A stretch of DNA of 64,000 nucleotides, from NCBI GenBank assembly GCA_963755125.1, contig CAVWIP010000010.1:384001-448000 (forward strand), written 5' to 3'. The position numbers and the translations under genes were made by a program. The notes under the pieces are model-generated. The model worked only from the letters and a program-made list of their open reading frames with translations, did not search any database and had not been told where the DNA came from. Origin of the DNA: an uncultured delta proteobacterium (GTDB taxonomy: Bacteria; Myxococcota_A; Polyangia; Fen-1088). Numbering within the stretch: the stretch's first letter is position 1; each line of letters starts with the position of its first letter. This document shows, piece by piece, positions 57,907 through 64,000 of this stretch.

Positions 57907-59463
57907 TCACGGACAGATGGAAGGCGTGTTCAGTTGGCTGCGGATGCCGGAGATGATGCTGCCCCAACCGCTGCCTGGGTTGTACTGACTGATCGAGATC
58001 ACACCGTCGGCGATGCGTGCGTTGATGTTGGCGGCCACATCCCAGTTTGGATCGAGACCCGCAGAGGCTCCGGCGGCTCCGTATCCGGTGTCAGCCAGGA
58101 TCGGCTTGCCGGTCACCTGGTGCACCCCGGCCCAGGACATGGCGTTGGTGGTCCGGATAAGTGTACTGTTGGCGTCGGTGCCTCCACCCGAGGTGTTGAT
58201 GAAGGTGAACAGGCTCATGTCGAAATTGGGGTACCAGGCGGAGCCGTTGTTGGGAATCCACGGCGAGATGTCCATGGAGAAGAACGCGTTTGGCAACGAA
58301 CTCTTGAGCGCGTTCACCAGGGCTGTCATGTTGGTCCCTGCTTGTGCTGGCGTCCAAGGCTGGGTCTGTCCACCGGCGTAGTACTGGTACCAATCCGGCT
58401 CCATCTCGAAGACGATGGGGCGTCCACCCAGGCAGGCCGCAAAACCCGTCGAGTTGCTCGTGTACTGCGAAAGAATCGTTGCCCAATCCTGTGTGATGTA
58501 CTGCGCGCCATAAGTACACAAGGTGCCACCACTGCAGCCGCTCACGTTGCAGTCGCACAGTTTGTTCTGGTTCTTCACGTAGTTGGCAGCGATGTAGGTG
58601 ACATCCACCGGGACCAAGCCGGCGAGCTTGCCACCTGAAGCCGATTCGGTGCATACGGAGCCCTGGCTGAAGGTTCCCATCATCCAGCCAGGGGTGAAGA
58701 AGTCGAGCTGAGAGATCAACGACGCGCCATTACTTATCGCTATCGAATCGATCGTGCCGAAATGGAAGCGGCATTGGCTGAAGACCTTGCCCGCCGGTTG
58801 CGTGCTGGTGCTTCCGCCGGTCGGACTTCCGCCGGTCGCAGTGGTGCCGCCCCCTGCTGTCGTCCCGCCCATCGCTGTTGTCCCACCCCGGTTGCTCGCA
58901 CCGCCCGTCGCGGTCGTCCCACCAGCAGGCGTGCCGCCCGTCGCGGTCATGCCGCCCCTTGCGGTCGTCCCACCCGCGGTCGTGCCACCCGTCGTACTCA
59001 TCCCACCCACGGTCGTACCGCCTGTCGCAGTCGTCCCACCCCGGCCAGTCACGCCGCCCGTCGGGATACCACCACTTCCACCGGTCGAGGCCGTGGTGGC
59101 GCTCGTCGAGCCCCCCGTTCGCGTGGATCCCCCTGCGCTCGCCGGTCCCGTCGAACCGCCGGAACTCGCTGGTCCCGTCGAGCCGCCCGTGCTCGCTGGC
59201 CCGGTCGAGCCACCCGTGCTCGCTGGTCCCGTCGAGCCACCTGTGCTCGCGGGTTCAGTCGAGCCGCCCGTGCTGCTGTTGCCGCCGGATGTGACAACGG
59301 TGGTCTGCGAACCCCCAACACCTGAATTTCCTGCCGTCGCGCTTGTGCCTGCGGCTGGACTGCCGGCTTGTGGCGTGCTCTCGCCACTGCCTCCCGTGCA
59401 TCCCGCAACCACCAGGCAGACGAGCGCCGTGCACAAACATAATCCAGAACTTCGGTGATGCAT
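57907..59463 (-). CDS. Lipoprotein with Gly/Thr linker and unassigned glycosidase-like C-terminal domain
   Basis: VAGC lipobox, about 200-aa linker, C-terminal domain with IVFEMEPDWYQY, SMDISPW and ILADTGYG. Confidence 0.78.
   Translation of the reverse strand: MHHRSSGLCLCTALVCLVVAGCTGGSGESTPQAGSPAAGTSATAGNSGVGGSQTTVVTSGGNSSTGGSTEPASTGGSTGPASTGGSTGPASTGGSTGPASSGGSTGPASAGGSTRTGGSTSATTASTGGSGGIPTGGVTGRGGTTATGGTTVGGMSTTGGTTAGGTTARGGMTATGGTPAGGTTATGGASNRGGTTAMGGTTAGGGTTATGGSPTGGSTSTQPAGKVFSQCRFHFGTIDSIAISNGASLISQLDFFTPGWMMGTFSQGSVCTESASGGKLAGLVPVDVTYIAANYVKNQNKLCDCNVSGCSGGTLCTYGAQYITQDWATILSQYTSNSTGFAACLGGRPIVFEMEPDWYQYYAGGQTQPWTPAQAGTNMTALVNALKSSLPNAFFSMDISPWIPNNGSAWYPNFDMSLFTFINTSGGGTDANSTLIRTTNAMSWAGVHQVTGKPILADTGYGAAGASAGLDPNWDVAANINARIADGVISISQYNPGSGWGSIISGIRSQLNTPSICP
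59137..59275 (-). repeat. Intragenic 27-bp tandem repeat (GGSTGPAST) x5
   Basis: Repeated GCTCGCTGGTCCCGTCGAGCC on the + strand at 27-bp spacing. Confidence 0.88.
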
Positions 59464-59695
59464 TTCTCGATCTCCTTGATGGGCGGGGGTGAGCATGGTC
59501 CTACGCGACGAGAGCTATCCCTGTTCCTAGCAGTAGCGCCCGACGCTGATTCGGTTCAATCGGCCGGGCGTGGACACCGCCACGAAGTTCGCGGGAAACT
59601 CCGGGTGGCTGGATCAAAAGTCACTTCTTCTGTTGGAGGGGGGAACGCGGCCGATTCGTTCCGAAATCTGACGTCATAGCCCGTTGCATTGCACT

Positions 59696-59728
59696 AAAAA
59701 ACGGGTTCCCCCTTTCCGGAGAGCAACC
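59696..59728 (-). terminator. Probable terminator of trpB2
   Basis: Minus strand GGTTGCTCTCCGGAAAGGGGGAACC imperfect stem followed by CGTTTTTT, just after the stop codon. Confidence 0.5.
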
Positions 59729-59744
59729 AGGCCCATGACGCGCT

Positions 59745-61145
59745 CTACCAGCGGCCGGTCTTGCGTGCCTCCGCTTTGGGCATGCCCTTCAATGCCTGCA
59801 GGTTCTTTTGGATCTCATCGTCGGGCAGCACGTAATCGGTAAGCCCACCTGACAGGTACGCATCGTAGCCAGACAGATCCATCAGGCCGTGGCCGCTGTA
59901 GTTGAAGAGAATGACCTTCTTCTCGCCACTTTCGCGGCACTTGTTGGCCTCGTCGATTACCGCCGCGATGGCGTGGCTGGTCTCTGGCGCACAGATGGCG
60001 CCCTCGGTCTTGGCCCAGATCATGGCTGACTCGTAGCACTTGAGCTGGGCGATGGCGCGGGGCTTGAACAAGCCTTCCACAATGCCTTGGCACACGAGCG
60101 GCGCCATGCCGTGATAGCGCAACCCGCCCGCATGGATGGGCTTAGGAATGAAGGTGTGCCCGAGCGAGTGCATGGGCAGAAGCGGCGTCATGCACGCCAC
60201 GTCGCCGTGGTCGTACACAAACTGGCCCTTGGTCATCTTGGGGCAGGCCGCAGGCTCGACCGGGATGATAGTCATTTGCGCGCCGTTGATCATGTCTTGG
60301 GCAAAGGGGAAGGCCAAGCCGGCGAAATTGCTCCCGCCGCCCGCGCAGCCGATCACGATGTCAGGCAGCTTCTCGCCCGCCTTCTTGAGTTGGGCCTTGG
60401 CTTCGAGGCCGATAATGGTTTGGTGCAGAAGCACGTGGTTGAGAACGCTGCCGAGCGAATAACGGGTCTGTCCCGTACTGTCGGTCACTGCCGCCTCGAT
60501 GGCCTCGCTGATGGCGATGCCGAGGCTGCCGGGAGTGTCGGGCATGCTGGCCAGGATGGTCCGGCCGGCGTTGGTGAGATTGCTGGGGCTGGCGATGCAG
60601 TTTGCCCCCCACACCTGCATCATCAGCTTGCGGAAGGGCTTCTGCTCAAAACTGATGCGCACCATGAAGACCTTGCACTCCAAGCCGATCAGGTTGCAGG
60701 CGAAAGCAAGCGCGCTCCCCCACTGCCCGGCGCCAGTCTCGGTGGTCAAGCGCTTGATTCCGAATTGCTTGTTGTACCAAGCCTGAGGAACCGCCGTGTT
60801 GGGCTTGTGGCTTCCCGCCGGGCTGACGCTCTCGTCCTTGTAGTAGATGCGTGCCGGCGTCTTGAGGTACTTCTCGAGGTAGAGCGCACGCCGGAGAGGC
60901 GAGGGCCGCCAGCGGTAGAGAATGTCGAGGATCTCCGATGGAATGTCGATCCAACGCTTGGTGCTGACCTCCTGTTCGATGAGGTTCATCGGGAAGACCG
61001 GCGCCAGCATGTCCGGGCCCACGGGCTTGCCGTCAGGTCCGAGAGGCGGCAGCATCGGCGTAGGAAGATCGGCCGCCAGGTTGTACCACTGCCGCGGAAT
61101 CTCGCTGTCGTTGAGAAGGATCTTTACGTTTTCCATATCTTTCAT
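59745..61145 (-). CDS. trpB2: TrpB2 (stand-alone tryptophan synthase beta-like, PLP)
   Basis: [57 protein letters not shown]. Confidence 0.95.
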   Translation of the reverse strand: MKDMENVKILLNDSEIPRQWYNLAADLPTPMLPPLGPDGKPVGPDMLAPVFPMNLIEQEVSTKRWIDIPSEILDILYRWRPSPLRRALYLEKYLKTPARIYYKDESVSPAGSHKPNTAVPQAWYNKQFGIKRLTTETGAGQWGSALAFACNLIGLECKVFMVRISFEQKPFRKLMMQVWGANCIASPSNLTNAGRTILASMPDTPGSLGIAISEAIEAAVTDSTGQTRYSLGSVLNHVLLHQTIIGLEAKAQLKKAGEKLPDIVIGCAGGGSNFAGLAFPFAQDMINGAQMTIIPVEPAACPKMTKGQFVYDHGDVACMTPLLPMHSLGHTFIPKPIHAGGLRYHGMAPLVCQGIVEGLFKPRAIAQLKCYESAMIWAKTEGAICAPETSHAIAAVIDEANKCRESGEKKVILFNYSGHGLMDLSGYDAYLSGGLTDYVLPDDEIQKNLQALKGMPKAEARKTGRW

Positions 61146-61541
61146 CCTGTCAGAGGTGAAGCGAAGCGCGACGCCGCAGGAAGACCTGAGGGCCGCCGGG
61201 CCAACCGGGCCGTATTCATATCATATCTCCCTGTCACAATGCGGCCCGGCGTTCTGACGTCCTGACGTCCCCGAAATCGCGCGTTCGCGAGACTGCGCGA
61301 TGAAGTGTCTTCAGCCCATGCCGCACCGGGGATCCTCTCGTAGTCCTGCGCGGCAAGTTTTGTCGCACAAGTAGGCACAAGGACGATATATCCCGACACC
61401 ATGTTGGTTGTGCGCTGGGCCGCAACCAAGCTTTCTCGAAGGGAGGTTTCGTTTCTCAGGTCTGGTAGCGCAGTTGTTATATTGACGATGGGTTGGTACG
61501 CTCGTGGTGTCTTTTCACTCACCCCAGATGAGGCGCGTTCC

Positions 61542-64000
61542 ATGTCAACAAACACGACTTTTTCCCGTCTCGTTAACTCTGTTCTGAGCAGCCATTGCGC
61601 CCTAGTCCTGGCGGGCGCGGTTGTTCTGTTCGTGGGAGCGAGCTGTTCGAACGCAACGATTGACGCCCCTCCAAAGTCGTCGGGAGGCAACGGCGGCAAC
61701 GGTGGCAATGGCGGTGGCGGCGGCAGCGGCGGCGGCAATACTGGGTGTGGCCAGCTTTGCACCAACCCAGGAAGCACACCTATTTCTACAGAGCCGATCA
61801 ACACCAAGAATTGCGGCAACGGCGTGCTGGACACGGGTGAGCAATGCGATGACGGCAACAGGACCAATGGCGATGGGTGCAATGCCAATTGTCAGCTTGA
61901 AGCCAACTACTTGTGTCCAACCCCGGGGCAGCCTTGCGTTGATCAGCGGAAGTGTGGAAACGGGATTCTGACTTCTGACGAGGCTTGTGACGACGGAAAC
62001 ACGGTCAGCGGCGACGGCTGCTCAGGAGACTGCAAGACCGTTGAGCCCGGCTACCAGTGTCGCATGCCAGGAAAGCCATGTGTTCCGCTCTGTGGCGACG
62101 GCGTGATCACCGGCAGCGAAACCTGCGACGACGGAAACACGGTCAGCGGCGACGGCTGTTCGAGTACTTGCCAGCTAGAGCCCGGCTCCTCATGCCCCAC
62201 ACCAGGCCAGCCTTGCACCAAGGCTCAGTGCGGGAACGGAGTCAAGGAGACGGGTGAGCAGTGCGACTGTGGCAACGATCCGACAAAGCTGCCGACTGGT
62301 TGCGAGGGTCAGAACGGCCTCTTCTACGGCGACGGAAAGGGCTGCTCCAAGACCTGCACCAAGGAGCCCAGTTGTCTCGATTCCTCCGGCAACACCCAGG
62401 CTTGCAGTACCTCCTGCGGCGACGGAAACATCGACCCTGGTGAGGCTTGTGATGATGGCAATCAGGTGAGCGGTGACGGCTGCTCGAGTACCTGCACGGT
62501 AGAGTCTGGGTTCACCTGTACCCCCACGCAGCAAACGGACTCGTCGCCTTGCACACTGCCTGCGAACGCCGGCAAGCAATGTCTTGAAATGCCTATCATC
62601 TATCGCGACTTCCAGCCCGAGAATGTGTCTCCTGGTGGCCACCCCGACTTCTATTGGCTGGGCAACAAGTGGAACGGTTCCACCTCGCCCACAACCATCT
62701 GTGTCCCAAACTCGGGCGGGCCGGCCAAGGGAAACGACTCGACAGCGCGCTGCTGGGATATTCCAAGCCCCAATCTCTCGAACGGCAAGCCGGTCTTGAA
62801 CGCGAATCGCGCCAACAACCTGTGCGCCTGCCAGTTCAGCGATTGGAACATCGCCAATTCGGGCACCTACATTCCCAGCACATACACGATGGCTGGCAAT
62901 GACAGCCCGCTTTCCAACGGGGCTGGCGGCTACCTGGGCGGCAACGCCGGCACCGCCATCACCTTGACCAATGAATCCGGCACTGTCTCTGGCACCCTGG
63001 TCGGTTACACCGCAAGCAGCCCCGGCGGCCCAATCTTCAAGGGAACGGTGCCCATTGTGAAGGACGCGAACAGCTTTAAGCAGTGGTACACCGATGACAG
63101 CACCGTGAACAAGACCTTCATCTCGGTTCTCGAAATGCCGGCCATCGGGACGAATCTCTACCAGTACGCCAGCAAGACGCATCTTGCAGGTGCCGACAAT
63201 GGGTTCTTCCCCCTCGATACACTGAATCCCAGCCAGGCCACGCTGTGCGACCTGTGGCCCTACTGGAACCATGGCAATGGCACGCCCATCTGGACCACCT
63301 GCCAGGGTGACCAGTATTTCTTCCCACCCCGCGTGACTCAAGCGGATTGCCCGAACCAGAACCCGTTGAGCAACGGCTGCTGGGTCATGAACACGCCGGG
63401 CGTGAAGAACGACTCCTACTTCACCGATGAGGCGCGCTACTTCTTCGTGTACAACAGCACGACCGGCTTCACCTTGCAGTTCTACGGCGACGACGATCTC
63501 TACGTCTTCATCAACGGCATCCTGGTCCTCGATCTTGGGGGCGTTCATCAGATGACGCCGGGCAAGGTCGTTGTCTCGGGTGACCCGGCTACGGCGAACA
63601 TCATAGAAGGTGGCTGTCTCGACACGGCCGGGAACCTGCCGACACCAACCCAGGCCACTTATACGGCGGGAGGGTGCACGCCCACAAACGGGGCGACCCC
63701 ACCGCCTCCCGGACCGGACGACTTCCGCACCCGAACTGCCAACCTCAACATGAACAACGGCAAGGTCTACGAGATTGCCATCTTCGGCGCCGACCGGCAC
63801 CCGCCCGAGTCGAACTACCAGCTCAGTCTCAACGGCTACACCACCACGCTGTCAAATTGTAGTCCTCGGTGCGGCGACGGGATCGTGTCAGGGGGCGAGC
63901 AATGCGACTGCGGCGATGGAACCGGCACGCTTCCTGCGGGGTGCACGGGGCCGAACAACGACACCACCTATGGCGGTTGCAAGACCGACTGCACGTGGGG
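61542..64000 (+). CDS. Lipoprotein with myxobacterial Cys-rich (DUF4215-type) repeats and a fibro-slime/PA14-like domain (partial, runs off window end)
   Basis: Absent from the ORF track because it has no stop in the window. ATG 61542, GASC lipobox, repeated CGNG..E.CDDGN..GDGCS, IYRDF..HPDF, GFFPLD, FYGDDDLYVFING..LDLGGVH. Confidence 0.9.
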   Translation, partial: MSTNTTFSRLVNSVLSSHCALVLAGAVVLFVGASCSNATIDAPPKSSGGNGGNGGNGGGGGSGGGNTGCGQLCTNPGSTPISTEPINTKNCGNGVLDTGEQCDDGNRTNGDGCNANCQLEANYLCPTPGQPCVDQRKCGNGILTSDEACDDGNTVSGDGCSGDCKTVEPGYQCRMPGKPCVPLCGDGVITGSETCDDGNTVSGDGCSSTCQLEPGSSCPTPGQPCTKAQCGNGVKETGEQCDCGNDPTKLPTGCEGQNGLFYGDGKGCSKTCTKEPSCLDSSGNTQACSTSCGDGNIDPGEACDDGNQVSGDGCSSTCTVESGFTCTPTQQTDSSPCTLPANAGKQCLEMPIIYRDFQPENVSPGGHPDFYWLGNKWNGSTSPTTICVPNSGGPAKGNDSTARCWDIPSPNLSNGKPVLNANRANNLCACQFSDWNIANSGTYIPSTYTMAGNDSPLSNGAGGYLGGNAGTAITLTNESGTVSGTLVGYTASSPGGPIFKGTVPIVKDANSFKQWYTDDSTVNKTFISVLEMPAIGTNLYQYASKTHLAGADNGFFPLDTLNPSQATLCDLWPYWNHGNGTPIWTTCQGDQYFFPPRVTQADCPNQNPLSNGCWVMNTPGVKNDSYFTDEARYFFVYNSTTGFTLQFYGDDDLYVFINGILVLDLGGVHQMTPGKVVVSGDPATANIIEGGCLDTAGNLPTPTQATYTAGGCTPTNGATPPPPGPDDFRTRTANLNMNNGKVYEIAIFGADRHPPESNYQLSLNGYTTTLSNCSPRCGDGIVSGGEQCDCGDGTGTLPAGCTGPNNDTTYGGCKTDCTW

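Noticed and set aside
61146..61541. Trp attenuator or leader peptide upstream of trpB2
   Set aside because: No short ORF with tandem Trp codons and no clear terminator/antiterminator.
62190..63800. 536-aa minus-strand ORF
   Set aside because: Antisense to the fibro-slime gene, which carries the clear motifs.

Overview
GC-rich bacterial chromosome segment that reads as Myxococcota (FrzS-like pseudo-receiver, fibro-slime/Cys-rich repeat protein, Gly/Thr-linker lipoproteins; taxon is inferred). It holds about 51 CDS. Housekeeping and envelope genes include hflX, miaB, tatBC, panD, rpoZ, a moxR-DUF58-batABCDE operon, trpB2, a heptose cluster and a vapBC module. Two blocks (about 36.9-46.8 kb and 57.9-64 kb) encode secreted glycan-active lipoproteins and an ECF sigma cassette. 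I saw no rRNA, tRNA, CRISPR array, transposase or integrase. Best leads: (1) an EndoQ-UvrD fusion and an apparently metal-dead beta-CASP protein, both ending in beta-clamp-like motifs; (2) an ECF/anti-sigma-TPR/small beta-barrel cassette upstream of glycosidase genes, with no TonB receptor; (3) a dispersed hairpin-rich ~150-bp repeat in 3 copies; (4) many genes with a -10 box 5-9 nt before the start codon (leaderless pattern); (5) TatB with a 108-bp tandem-expanded charged helix; (6) an unassigned glycosidase-like lipoprotein. All family calls come from motifs recognised by eye; no searches were run.
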